This document shows, one piece after another, positions 1 to 9,450 of a stretch of 53,782 bases of DNA (the stretch's first letter is position 1; each line of letters starts with the position of its first letter). Location of the stretch: the IMG/VR virus record IMGVR_UViG_3300020470_000010, positions 1-53,782 of that record, one strand, 5' to 3'. This stretch comes from a virus (lineage: Duplodnaviria > Caudoviricetes). The notes below the pieces were generated by a model that saw only the letters and a list, made by a program, of their open reading frames with translations, did no database searches and was not told the origin of the DNA. Position numbers and translations under genes: made by a program.

Positions 1-24
1 ATTGGTCAATAGGAGGTTATTACT

Positions 25-996
25 ATGAGCTGGTTATCCGATTTTTACGCGGCAAATAACATTGGCGGCCCCGGAGGTAAATTAGATGGTGGTGCTATCG
101 CTTACTGGGAAAGTGAAAAAGATCGCCTAGGGGGTGGAACTGCAGGAGAAAATGCAGTAAAAGACATTATCAGGGGAACTGCTATAAATCAAGGAACATG
201 GCAAATGACTAGTGCTAGTAATCCTGGTGGAAATACTGGAGCAGGTAATACGACCAACGCAAATGCTAATAACACGGTTAGTTCGACTGATTTTGGTTCG
301 ATGCTAGACAACCTCACAATCGAGGGATCTGCATTGCAAGGTGGTTTAAGTGGTTTGACGACACTTGCAAATACGTTCGACCAAAATACCGATATAACAG
401 GAAATGTTGTTGGAAAATTAGGCGACATTTTTACAACCCAAGCAACTAAGGGGATAATGTTGAATTATGAAAAAGATTTAGCTAATGCGACTTACGAGAT
501 AGATAGTAAGAAGATGGATCGAGAGACCGAGGAAGCTCTTGAATTGGGAGCTGCTGAGCATGGTTGGAAGAAGGATGAATATGCTGCATTAGGTGCTCAA
601 GATCGTTTAACTATTGGTAAGACAGGAGAAGAGACAAGACTCAATATTGGCGAAGAGGGAAGACAGGATCGTCTTAATATTGGTGCTCAGAAAGATGCTG
701 ATATTGCAACGATTGGTGAAACAGGTAAGCAGCAACGTCTTGGAATTATGGAGACGGGTGAACAGCAAAGAATGAACATAGGAGCCGAGGGGACTCAAGA
801 TCGTTTAAATATCGCCGCTACAGGAAGAGAACAAAGACTAGGTATTAAAGAGACAGGTCAACAGCAAAGGCTTGGTATTATGACTGAAGCTGATGAGAAG
901 CGTAAGACTTTAAGAGAAGACTACCGACAGCAGAAAGGGATGCGAGCTGACGCAAGAGGTGCTATATCTAGTGCAGGAGCTAAGTTCTTCGGTTAA
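25..996 (+). CDS. Putative virion/internal protein with ~11-aa tandem repeats (GEETRLNI/GEQQRLGI type) and a weak N-terminal DUF4214-like segment
   Basis: 323-aa ORF with GGAGG RBS; about nine 11-residue repeats in the C-terminal third; AIAYWESE motif near the N-terminus. Confidence 0.55.
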   Translation: MSWLSDFYAANNIGGPGGKLDGGAIAYWESEKDRLGGGTAGENAVKDIIRGTAINQGTWQMTSASNPGGNTGAGNTTNANANNTVSSTDFGSMLDNLTIEGSALQGGLSGLTTLANTFDQNTDITGNVVGKLGDIFTTQATKGIMLNYEKDLANATYEIDSKKMDRETEEALELGAAEHGWKKDEYAALGAQDRLTIGKTGEETRLNIGEEGRQDRLNIGAQKDADIATIGETGKQQRLGIMETGEQQRMNIGAEGTQDRLNIAATGREQRLGIKETGQQQRLGIMTEADEKRKTLREDYRQQKGMRADARGAISSAGAKFFG

Positions 997-1506
997 ATGC
1001 CTAAAGAAAAAGAAGAGGTTATTCAGTCGTTTTTAACCTCTCTAGATCAAGGATATCGTGAGAATTTTTTAGCCTATGTAGAACATACTTATTCTGTTTT
1101 TGAAATATGGCTATATGCTTCTGTCCTTGGATATGAAGGTGGTTTCAATGCTTTAGAAGATTGGGTTAATCAGTATTATCCAAAATTAAATCGTCGCGAA
1201 ATACTGTTAGCGGAGATTGTTAAATTAGAATCCGACATTGATTTTCTCCGTCAACAGGTTCACGCAGATTTAGTTAAACCGGATGCAGCAGCAACACGTA
1301 TTGCTCATCTTTCTAAAGAATTACGTGGACATCTCGTAGAGGTCGACAAAATAACAAAATCAACAGATAGAAGAGGTTTAGTGTTAGCAGGTGCTGATAA
1401 GGTTATGAGGGAATTACGGTCAATCTTTAAAGAGAATGAGGATGTGACTAATGCCTTGGAATTAGCTTATGAATCTGTTTGGGCAATGCTTGTTGACGAG
1501 AAGTAA
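997..1506 (+). CDS. Helical protein, candidate terminase small subunit
   Basis: 169 aa, helical/coiled-coil pattern, upstream of the large terminase; function inferred from position. Confidence 0.4.
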   Translation: MPKEKEEVIQSFLTSLDQGYRENFLAYVEHTYSVFEIWLYASVLGYEGGFNALEDWVNQYYPKLNRREILLAEIVKLESDIDFLRQQVHADLVKPDAAATRIAHLSKELRGHLVEVDKITKSTDRRGLVLAGADKVMRELRSIFKENEDVTNALELAYESVWAMLVDEK

Positions 1507-1531
1507 TCTAAGTTAAATTGTTGTACGTCTT

Positions 1532-1858
1532 ATGACGGAAGATAAAATTAAAGAGATTCTTCCTCATTTGTGTTATACGAAAGAAGAAGTTGATAAGTTA
1601 ATTGCAGCAGCCGTGGCAGAGGCGAGAGCTATCGATGAAGAATCTATGAGGTTGCATAATCGTAATGCAACAATTATTAGTATGATTCTTGGTTTTATTT
1701 GTTTAGCTTTATTCTTAGATGGCACATTAAGGTTGTTAGGAATTATCCCTCCATTCTTAGATATAGATATTAGTATTGTCGATAAAATAGCGGAAAAGGT
1801 AGAGACAGACGTTTTACCTTTAATCCATCAAGCTAAGGATTATATCCCTAGAATTTAA
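1532..1858 (+). CDS. Small membrane protein of picocyanobacterial/cyanophage type
   Basis: 108 aa with hydrophobic stretch IISMILGFICLALFL. Confidence 0.55.
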   Translation: MTEDKIKEILPHLCYTKEEVDKLIAAAVAEARAIDEESMRLHNRNATIISMILGFICLALFLDGTLRLLGIIPPFLDIDISIVDKIAEKVETDVLPLIHQAKDYIPRI

Positions 1859-2739
1859 GTTGGTTCGCCAAGTGCTTTTAATTTTTCTCTATATTTGTCT
1901 CTTTCCATAAGAACTTGTTCATATATATCGTTTGCTTCCTTCTGTTGATCGTGAATAACCACAGCAGGATTTAAAAATCTATTTCGAGTGCTAATTCTTA
2001 GACTGACAAACCATATACCTGTATTAATTGGATCGTCTACGTTTCTATTGTTAGCTATAGACATAGGCAGCCATGAGGGGTATAAAAAGATCTGCCCTTC
2101 GTCGAAAGAAAAACCTTGTGTTACTTCAGGAGAAGGAAAAGTGCTTCTATCGACATTATGAAGAGTCATTGTTTTTGTTATCCATGCTGGGTCTTGGAAA
2201 GATAGTTCACCAGTCATGGGAGGAGTTTCTAAAATTAATAGACCAACTAATTCGTTGTTAGGAGCAATGTTTTGCTCTAAGCAGCACCCAGGAGGCAAGA
2301 AACCAACGTATGCTCCTGATATTGCTAATTGATCACGATGAATAGTATGATCTTTCGGTGAGTGTTGCAATATTCGAATACACTCTTGTTTAACTGTCTC
2401 TAAGAATGGTTGGACATAGCCGTCGTCTAGAAGATTTACTCCATTGCTTTGAGGTGCTGATAGACGAGTCCTAGATTGAATGATATTCCACGGTCTGCCT
2501 GCAGGAAATGAAATCTGGTCTTCTCGAGAGTGACCTGCATTTTCAAAATTATTTCCAGCGTGAGACTTTTTAAAATGTTCTAATACTGCAGGTATAGCTT
2601 TCTTGTCTTGTATATTGCTAGTCCAGAAAGGGACTTCGAACAAAGGATAGTAAGCACTTGCTTCTTTCTCTTCTGCGGTAAAGTCTACACTTTCCCTCAT
2701 GTACTCAGGTAAGAATGTATCCTCTTGCGGTTTTGCCAT
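1855..2739 (-). CDS. 2OG-Fe(II) oxygenase-fold protein (TIGR02466-like) lacking the His metal ligands
   Basis: Retains LFEVPFW, GELSFQDP, EGQIFLYPSWL; expected HxH reads NIA and distal His reads M. Confidence 0.6.
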   Translation of the reverse strand: MAKPQEDTFLPEYMRESVDFTAEEKEASAYYPLFEVPFWTSNIQDKKAIPAVLEHFKKSHAGNNFENAGHSREDQISFPAGRPWNIIQSRTRLSAPQSNGVNLLDDGYVQPFLETVKQECIRILQHSPKDHTIHRDQLAISGAYVGFLPPGCCLEQNIAPNNELVGLLILETPPMTGELSFQDPAWITKTMTLHNVDRSTFPSPEVTQGFSFDEGQIFLYPSWLPMSIANNRNVDDPINTGIWFVSLRISTRNRFLNPAVVIHDQQKEANDIYEQVLMERDKYREKLKALGEPT

Positions 2740-2820
2740 AACTTTTTCGAATAATAGAATAATTTTACAATAAAAAATATAGGAATCAACTAAAAATAGT
2801 GAAAAACATTAGAATAAAGC

Positions 2821-4353
2821 ATGTCAAATGCTTCTATTGCTCTTGCCCGTAGACGTAGTGCTCAACTCGCTGCGAGGTCTATCACAAAAGAGCCTAAGGT
2901 TGTTGAAATACCTAAACACGTAATTAAAGCTAGAAATAATTTTGCTTTCTTTTGCGAGTTAATGGGTAAACCTCCTGCTCGTCATATGAAAGTATGGCAT
3001 GAGGCTTTTTTAACTAATCAAAGCAATGAACATCTTCTTGATATAGCAGGACCTAATACATGTTTATTAAGTCCTAGGGGTAGTGCAAAATCAACAGAGA
3101 TAGGTTTACTTATAGCTTGGCTTATAGGTCGCCATGCGACTGCTCGCAAGCTGCTCAGGACTCTTTACGTTTCTTATAACGTTGACGTAGCCCGTAATAA
3201 AAGTGCTGCGATAAAAAACATGATAATGAACAAGGAATATCAGGAAATTTTTCCGACAGTTCGATTATCGAAGACTCGCACGAGCGATGAATTATGGTCG
3301 ATTGATTTTGATTTCGCAGAAGTAGATATCAGGGGAGAAGATGCTTTTACTGTTGCTTGTGCAGGACTAAAAGGAACGATTACATCTAAACGTAGTTCTT
3401 TGATTATCGTTGATGATGCTATTAAAAGTGCTGCTGCAATATCTAATCCTGATATTCGGAGAGAGATGGAAGCTAACTGGAATAACGTCATAGTTCCCAC
3501 TATGTTCCAAGGTGCTAGAGCTATTGCTTTGGGTACTCGTTTCCACTTTGATGATTTATTTACAACTACTTTTTGCGAAAAAAGAGGATGGAAGGTAATA
3601 ACACAAGCAGCTTTAAGGTACGAGGAAGATGGTAGGCCACGTTCTTATTGGCCTGAAATGTGGTCAGCTAAGTATTTATTGAAATTACAGAGTGAAGATC
3701 GTATTGCTTTTTCTTATCAGTATTTAAATCAACCAGTTAAAACTAGTGAATTAGGGATTTCTCCTGAATTATTCGTCAAAGGAGAAGTACCTGATGTTTA
3801 CGACAGCGTCGGAGTAGGTATTGATTTATCTGCGGGAATGAGCGAAAGAAATGATTGGACTGTATTCACCTTAGCTGGAAGGGTTGACGACAAGATTTAC
3901 GTTATTGATTACAAGAGAATGCGTTCAATGGGGAACGTAGAAAAAATTGAAGCTTTATGTGAATTATTAGTTGAGTGGAACCTTTTGGAATCTAATGATC
4001 AAAACCAATTTTTTAAGACGGATTCACCTGTCATTATTTGGCCAGAAGTCGTTGCTTATCAGAAAAGTTTCGAAGGAGATTTAAAACGATTCCTATTTAA
4101 TGAATGGCAGCTCTACAATTTAAGTATTAGCCCTATTAAAGGTTTTCGCGGTGACAAACTTGCGAGGCTTAGGGGTATCATCGGTCTCTTCGAGAGGCGT
4201 AAGATTATCTTCAACAAATACCGAGATTTTAATTACATGGTTGATGAAGTAGTGAATTTTGGTCATGCACCTCATGATGATTGTGCTGACTCTTTAAATA
4301 TCGTTGTACAAGGTTTGATGCGACGAGGAAGTGCTCAGGTCGAGTGGCAGTAA
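2821..4353 (+). CDS. terL: Terminase large subunit
   Basis: Walker A-like PRGSAKST, Walker B LIIVDD, LGTRFH, nuclease GIDLS...DWT and HDDCADS. Confidence 0.95.
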   Translation: MSNASIALARRRSAQLAARSITKEPKVVEIPKHVIKARNNFAFFCELMGKPPARHMKVWHEAFLTNQSNEHLLDIAGPNTCLLSPRGSAKSTEIGLLIAWLIGRHATARKLLRTLYVSYNVDVARNKSAAIKNMIMNKEYQEIFPTVRLSKTRTSDELWSIDFDFAEVDIRGEDAFTVACAGLKGTITSKRSSLIIVDDAIKSAAAISNPDIRREMEANWNNVIVPTMFQGARAIALGTRFHFDDLFTTTFCEKRGWKVITQAALRYEEDGRPRSYWPEMWSAKYLLKLQSEDRIAFSYQYLNQPVKTSELGISPELFVKGEVPDVYDSVGVGIDLSAGMSERNDWTVFTLAGRVDDKIYVIDYKRMRSMGNVEKIEALCELLVEWNLLESNDQNQFFKTDSPVIIWPEVVAYQKSFEGDLKRFLFNEWQLYNLSISPIKGFRGDKLARLRGIIGLFERRKIIFNKYRDFNYMVDEVVNFGHAPHDDCADSLNIVVQGLMRRGSAQVEWQ

Positions 4354-4362
4354 GATAAGTAG

Positions 4363-6603
4363 ATGAGCAAGCCTACATCAGAGCGTTTCCGACGAATACT
4401 GGAAGCAGCTAGAAAGAGAGACGGCCAAAGCGGGACTGACACGATGATCGTGAATAGTCATTTGGCTCAAATGAAGCTTTTCATGCTTCGTCAAGGACTA
4501 GAGTTTTATCCAGCCCAAGATACTTTCGGTTTCCGTAAGGTATTCTTGAACGACTTAATTATTGAGAATGAAATAGACAGTCGACTAGAAGGAATTGTCG
4601 ATGATTTCTTGATTGATGGAAAAGGTTTATTTTATTTTCGACCCATAGGTGATTCCTATCGAATCATGTGGTTTAGCAAGGATAACTACCGTGCTTACTA
4701 CGATGCTGAAGGAGAATTAGAAGAAATTGAATTAATTTATTCCTTCAACGTTAAAAACACGTTAGGACCGCTTGCTATGCCGGGTGACAACGGCAGTATG
4801 AGGTATGTCAAATTACAGGTCAAAAGGGATTTAATAAAAGAATCGATAACAAACGAAAGACCTTCATTTGACGGGGGACCATTGCATAATGGTTTCTCTG
4901 GCAATAAAACAAGAACTCTAACCAATAGTCTTGGTTTTATACCAGCCGTAGAATCGTTCAACACGATGCGTTCTACAGGGATGGACGCTTCTGGGGACTT
5001 TGATTGGTTGGCAGATCAAATCGTCTTACATGATGATTTAGTTAAAAATATTAGAACTAATATTCATTTCTTTGGTAATCCAACTTTAGTTTCCAGTAGA
5101 CCTAAGCATGACTTAGTTGAATCTGGGGATGAGGAGCAATTAAGACCAACTATTAGTTCTCAAGCTGGTTTCTTCTCTGCTGACAGGGCTTCTACTCGGG
5201 TTAGTCAGCCTACAGGAGGGAGTGCTGGTGGAATGAAAGTTCCTCGCTTAATAGCGAACGTTGAGCCAACTGATAGGGCTGTTTACTTAACCCCCGATGC
5301 TGTATCAGGAGACCAAAACCTGTATGCGAGACAATATCGAGAAGAAGTAAGAACAGCTTTAGGGGGAGTTGATGAATTAGGTATCAGTTCCGGAGCAACT
5401 GCTTATGAAATTAAATCACTATATGGTCGAGCTGCCACCACTGCAGCAAGAAGGTGCAGAGGTTTATTAACTTACGGTTTGTGCAAATTATTATCTCTGA
5501 TTGTTTATCATGAGGAGCAAATTTTCAGAGAATCTTTTGCAGTTGCTAGTGGCATGATCAAACCTCAACCTCCATTAGAGGAAGTATTTGATGATCCACA
5601 ACTATACCGACAAGCTCTAGCTGCTTACGCTGAGCAGAAACCAATATTCGAGAATGAATTAGAAATTGCCATGAGAGAGGCGATTCAAAACACTGAGCTA
5701 CCTCCAGGAGTCGTTGGGTTAGTGCCTGACGGTGACAGGAAGATTGAGTGGAGATGGAAAGGCCCAGTGTTCGAGGACAGCACAGAGGATATACTGAATT
5801 CAAGTATCGTTGTTAGAAACCTTCAGGAACTTGGTGTTAATAGCATCGAAGCCTTAAGGCATCTCTTCCCGAATAAGACGGACGAAGAGCGCAGCGCAAT
5901 GCTTAGTGGCTATCCATTTAGAATGGCTCAAGCCACCCAAAGCAGTATTGGCACATTCTTGTCGCTGATAGATAACATGCGACGGATACCTCATCCGCAG
6001 GCTCCAGACCTGCCGATGCTAAGCGATCCGAAACTCGATTTGACGCCATTTGTCTATCGAGCAATGGATTATTTAAAACGAGAATTAACTTATGCAGGAC
6101 AGTACAACGACTCCACAAGCTACGGTGACCCCACAACCCTCGATACCATCGAGCGCGCCCGTGTCGACGCCGGTTTACCAGCAAGCTCCAGCCCAGAACG
6201 CCCAACCTTCACCCCAGACTCCTACGGTGGAATCGGCTCCGCAGGTGGCTCCACAGGTGGCTCCACAGGTGGCGAATCCTTGGCAGGAGGCGTACAACCG
6301 CTTGTCCGAGAGCCTGAGCACTCAGCAGCCCTCCCAACCTCAGGCAGCTTACTCAACTCCGACCCCACAGATCCAGAGTCAAACTCCGGTCTCGCAGGCT
6401 CCAACAAACTATCAGGGCGCTCCATCCGTTTCGGGGACCCCGATCTCATGGCCCCAAGCAACGCAGGCTTATACCCAAGCGCAGGCACCGGTAGCTCCAC
6501 CCCAGCCCCAGCAAGTGCAGGCACCGGCACAGGTGCAGAACTTGCAGACAGAGCAAAACGCACCCGCGACAGACGGGTATCTAGGAAGCGTAAGCAGAGA
6601 TAG
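4363..6603 (+). CDS. Portal protein with long low-complexity C-terminal extension
   Basis: 746 aa directly after terL; last ~170 codons are G/S/P-rich and overlap the next ORF. Confidence 0.75.
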   Translation: MSKPTSERFRRILEAARKRDGQSGTDTMIVNSHLAQMKLFMLRQGLEFYPAQDTFGFRKVFLNDLIIENEIDSRLEGIVDDFLIDGKGLFYFRPIGDSYRIMWFSKDNYRAYYDAEGELEEIELIYSFNVKNTLGPLAMPGDNGSMRYVKLQVKRDLIKESITNERPSFDGGPLHNGFSGNKTRTLTNSLGFIPAVESFNTMRSTGMDASGDFDWLADQIVLHDDLVKNIRTNIHFFGNPTLVSSRPKHDLVESGDEEQLRPTISSQAGFFSADRASTRVSQPTGGSAGGMKVPRLIANVEPTDRAVYLTPDAVSGDQNLYARQYREEVRTALGGVDELGISSGATAYEIKSLYGRAATTAARRCRGLLTYGLCKLLSLIVYHEEQIFRESFAVASGMIKPQPPLEEVFDDPQLYRQALAAYAEQKPIFENELEIAMREAIQNTELPPGVVGLVPDGDRKIEWRWKGPVFEDSTEDILNSSIVVRNLQELGVNSIEALRHLFPNKTDEERSAMLSGYPFRMAQATQSSIGTFLSLIDNMRRIPHPQAPDLPMLSDPKLDLTPFVYRAMDYLKRELTYAGQYNDSTSYGDPTTLDTIERARVDAGLPASSSPERPTFTPDSYGGIGSAGGSTGGSTGGESLAGGVQPLVREPEHSAALPTSGSLLNSDPTDPESNSGLAGSNKLSGRSIRFGDPDLMAPSNAGLYPSAGTGSSTPAPASAGTGTGAELADRAKRTRDRRVSRKRKQR

Positions 6604-7216
6604 CTTAGAAGTTCTGAATCATTTCGGAGCAGAAGCTCCAGCATTACTTAATCGTTATGCATGTGTAGTAGAAGATGCTCTTCTAGCTCAAGCCAAGCAG
6701 ACAGCTCAAACCGTACAAAAAGTTGCTCAAGTTCAAGATTCCTTAAGTAAGGCTCAAAACGTTATCAAAGCTGCTGCTGAAGATAATGCTGCTTACCATG
6801 TCATGTTGACTAATCCAGATATGCTTTCTAATTATGTCAACGAATTCTTCGGTCCTAATGGTCCTTATCCAACAGAGATTGCAAGAGATCGTTTAGCTGC
6901 TGAAGTAGCTGCTGCTGATTCAAGATTCGAGCGTCCAGCTCCTCCTGCTCAAGCACAAGCTCCAGCTCCAACACAAGCACAAGCTCCAGCTCCAACACAG
7001 GCTCCAGCACCTAGTCAGGCTCCAGCTCCAACACAGAATGCTGAATTCCAGCGTCCACAGTTAGAAATGCCTGCTCCTGGCGTACAAAAAGGGTCTGACG
7101 ACTTCTGGTCTGCTTTCTCTAATATCAGCGATCAGAATCCTGCAGATGCATGGAAACTTTTAACTCAAGCGACACCAGATGCTTTACGTAGTAAAGTTCT
7201 TGTTTCTGAGGCTTAA
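6092..7216 (+). CDS. Putative capsid scaffolding/assembly protein (P/Q/A-rich with coiled-coil core)
   Basis: 374 aa after portal; disordered termini, central coiled coil; followed by an intrinsic terminator. Confidence 0.6.
   Translation: MQDSTTTPQATVTPQPSIPSSAPVSTPVYQQAPAQNAQPSPQTPTVESAPQVAPQVAPQVANPWQEAYNRLSESLSTQQPSQPQAAYSTPTPQIQSQTPVSQAPTNYQGAPSVSGTPISWPQATQAYTQAQAPVAPPQPQQVQAPAQVQNLQTEQNAPATDGYLGSVSRDSLEVLNHFGAEAPALLNRYACVVEDALLAQAKQTAQTVQKVAQVQDSLSKAQNVIKAAAEDNAAYHVMLTNPDMLSNYVNEFFGPNGPYPTEIARDRLAAEVAAADSRFERPAPPAQAQAPAPTQAQAPAPTQAPAPSQAPAPTQNAEFQRPQLEMPAPGVQKGSDDFWSAFSNISDQNPADAWKLLTQATPDALRSKVLVSEA
6947..7037 (+). repeat. 18/24-bp tandem repeats encoding (AQ)APAPTQ
   Basis: caagcacaagctccagctccaaca occurs twice, followed by shorter caggctccagc variants. 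Confidence 0.8.
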
Positions 7217-7225
7217 TTGTATCGT

Positions 7226-7250
7226 GGCCCCGTTTTTCGGGGCTTTTTAT
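7226..7250 (+). terminator. Intrinsic terminator
   Basis: gccccg-ttttt-cggggc followed by tttttat, 10 nt after the stop codon. Confidence 0.85.
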
Positions 7251-7251
7251 T

Positions 7252-7563
7252 ATGTATCCAACTGAAGAATTTTTAGACCCTTCGCTAAGTGGTAATTCGG
7301 GAGAAGCTCGTCTAAGAGCTGGTGAGCAGATAGCTGCTGCAGAAGCAGATGGCTTGACATCAATGGCTGGCAGACATGCGAAGTTTGGGCAGAGACTTAA
7401 AGAATTCGAATCCGACGAAGCTACTACTGAAAATTACAAGAATGCTTTTGCTGAATATGCAAAAGATCTTGCAAAAGAAGCTGAAGGTTTATACGCTGGT
7501 AGGGAGTTAAACAATTCAGGATTATCAGTTGATGATTACATGAGATCTATATTTAGTAGTTAA
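7252..7563 (+). CDS. Hypothetical acidic protein
   Basis: 103-aa ORF in the head module. Confidence 0.55.
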   Translation: MYPTEEFLDPSLSGNSGEARLRAGEQIAAAEADGLTSMAGRHAKFGQRLKEFESDEATTENYKNAFAEYAKDLAKEAEGLYAGRELNNSGLSVDDYMRSIFSS

Positions 7564-7589
7564 ACTGTAGATATATTGGATCCTTCTAA

Positions 7590-7859
7590 ATGCGAACTGC
7601 GGGTGGATCCGAATTTAGTGAAGCGATTTCAGATCAATGGGACGAAGAGGTTTCGTCTGAAGGATCCAAATTGGATTCTTTTTTGCGTTTATATGAATTA
7701 CTAAGATCTAAAGGCTACAGTGATCCGTATGCTGAAGAAGTGGCTATTGGAATGCTGGAAGGGAAAGAACCTATCGCAAAAGATACAATCAGGTTCGCAG
7801 GTACGTATCCCGACGATCCACCCGAAGACATTAGATTTTGCGGTCAACTTAATAAGTAA
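7590..7859 (+). CDS. Hypothetical acidic protein
   Basis: 89-aa ORF; 3' half overlaps the 5' end of the endolysin ORF. Confidence 0.5.
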   Translation: MRTAGGSEFSEAISDQWDEEVSSEGSKLDSFLRLYELLRSKGYSDPYAEEVAIGMLEGKEPIAKDTIRFAGTYPDDPPEDIRFCGQLNK

Positions 7860-8973
7860 TTTCGAAGGTTGCGAATTAGAGGCATACCTTAATCCTGTAG
7901 GAGTACCTACTATTTGTACTGGTATTAGCAGATACCCTGATGGGTCTTGTGTCATGCTAGGAGACGTCTGTCAGCAATCAATTTGCGATAACTACTTAAA
8001 ACAAGGATTAATTCGCGATTTTCTCTCACCGATTTCCTTGATCCCAGGGTGGGGATATTTTGGTTATAAACGGCAAGCAGTTTTATTGAGTTTTGCTTGG
8101 AATTTTGGTTCTTCTTTTTACAAGGAATCTGAATATAAAGCTATTGCAGAAGTTTTAGATTTGGGCTTCCAGTATCCTGAGAGGTATCAGGAGATGGAAG
8201 CAGTTTTAAATCTTTACATCAAAGATAAAGATGTTATCCTTCCTGGGTTAGTGAATCGTAGGTCAACAGAAGGTGCTATGTGGAATCAAGAAGCTGATGG
8301 AATCATGAATTTTGTCAGTCGCAAACCAACACTGTTAAAACGTGCTCCAATCAGTAGTCGTTACTTGTCCTCTTCGGGCAAGATCGAGTGCAAGGAAGGT
8401 GAGTTGATCAGCGTTTCCAGACTTGAGGAAATTCCAGGAGAAAGTCATGCATGGGTTCAATTTGAGGGTGCTACAGAAAGATGGGCTATTTATTTACCGG
8501 ATTGGAGAGAAAAACGTTCCAGAGCTTTGAAAGAGGAAGATGATATAGATTGGTCTGATTTTTCTTGTCCTATAGGTAAATATTTATCAGTAGGAGAAGT
8601 ATTGCAATATGACTCTCGTCGGGCTCCAGAAGCAGGTAGTGACATTGAAAAAACCTTGATTAATACTTGCCACCAATTCGACAGTATTAGAAATGCTTGG
8701 AAAGAAGCGATTGGTGTCGTCAGTTTTTACAGACCTGAGCCTGTTAATAGGGAATGCGGAGGAAGTGAAACTTCTCGACATGTCTCAGGAACTGCTATTG
8801 ATATTTTCCCCGTGAACGGGTCTTTAGATAAATTTCATATGTGGCTTGTTCAAAGATGGAGTGGCGGGTATGGTGATTATCGCAGCAAAGGATTCATCCA
8901 TTTAGACACTAGAAATGGCGGTGGCTTTAAAGGCCAGCCCGGTGGAAAACCAGAATCTTTATGGGGTTTTTAA
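7720..8973 (+). CDS. Endolysin: GH24 lysozyme domain plus C-terminal Zn peptidase M15 domain (start uncertain)
   Basis: FEGCELEAYLNPVGVPT, LLSFAWNFG, LPGLVNRRSTE (GH24); SFYRP..N...GG...SRH...AID...FIHLDTR (M15). Confidence 0.85.
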   Translation: MIRMLKKWLLECWKGKNLSQKIQSGSQVRIPTIHPKTLDFAVNLISNFEGCELEAYLNPVGVPTICTGISRYPDGSCVMLGDVCQQSICDNYLKQGLIRDFLSPISLIPGWGYFGYKRQAVLLSFAWNFGSSFYKESEYKAIAEVLDLGFQYPERYQEMEAVLNLYIKDKDVILPGLVNRRSTEGAMWNQEADGIMNFVSRKPTLLKRAPISSRYLSSSGKIECKEGELISVSRLEEIPGESHAWVQFEGATERWAIYLPDWREKRSRALKEEDDIDWSDFSCPIGKYLSVGEVLQYDSRRAPEAGSDIEKTLINTCHQFDSIRNAWKEAIGVVSFYRPEPVNRECGGSETSRHVSGTAIDIFPVNGSLDKFHMWLVQRWSGGYGDYRSKGFIHLDTRNGGGFKGQPGGKPESLWGF

Positions 8974-9392
8974 ACAACTTTAATACCTAAAGCGTTGCTA
9001 TTGAACTGAACAGTATCGCCTGATTGAATATCTACCGATGTCGTTAAAGCACCAGAAGCAATAAAATTACCAGAAGTTTGAGCATCCCAGAGACCGAAAT
9101 GGGTCAAAGTTTGCTGTGTGCCATTTTGAGCATTAGTGGTAATTTGAACTGTATTAGTATTCTTTATCTCAAATCCACTAGGAGAAGCTCCTGTTACTCC
9201 AGTAAAAGCAGCAGCCGATATTGCTGTTCTATTAGAACTACCAGTGACGGTTAATGTTACGTCATTAGAAGTGCCAGCAGTGCCAGGATCGCCAGTATGG
9301 ATACTGACGTATACATTGCTTAAAGCAGTTGGAAACGAGGATCCTTTTATCCAAGTAAGGATTTCGTTCGCAAAATACTGGGAAAACGCCAT
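8970..9392 (-). CDS. Small tail/fibre-associated structural protein
   Basis: YVSIHTGDPGTAGTSN and THFGLWDAQTSGNF motifs typical of ~140-aa phage minor tail proteins. Confidence 0.65.
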   Translation of the reverse strand: MAFSQYFANEILTWIKGSSFPTALSNVYVSIHTGDPGTAGTSNDVTLTVTGSSNRTAISAAAFTGVTGASPSGFEIKNTNTVQITTNAQNGTQQTLTHFGLWDAQTSGNFIASGALTTSVDIQSGDTVQFNSNALGIKVV

Positions 9393-9450
9393 ACTGCAGT
9401 TAACTCTTCGTCATTTACTATTTTGACAGCTCTGGAGAGGTGACTATTAT

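Noticed and set aside
6222-6644. 140-aa minus-strand ORF over the portal/scaffold overlap (triple coding)
   Set aside because: Expected shadow ORF in GC-rich low-complexity sequence; no RBS or protein-like features
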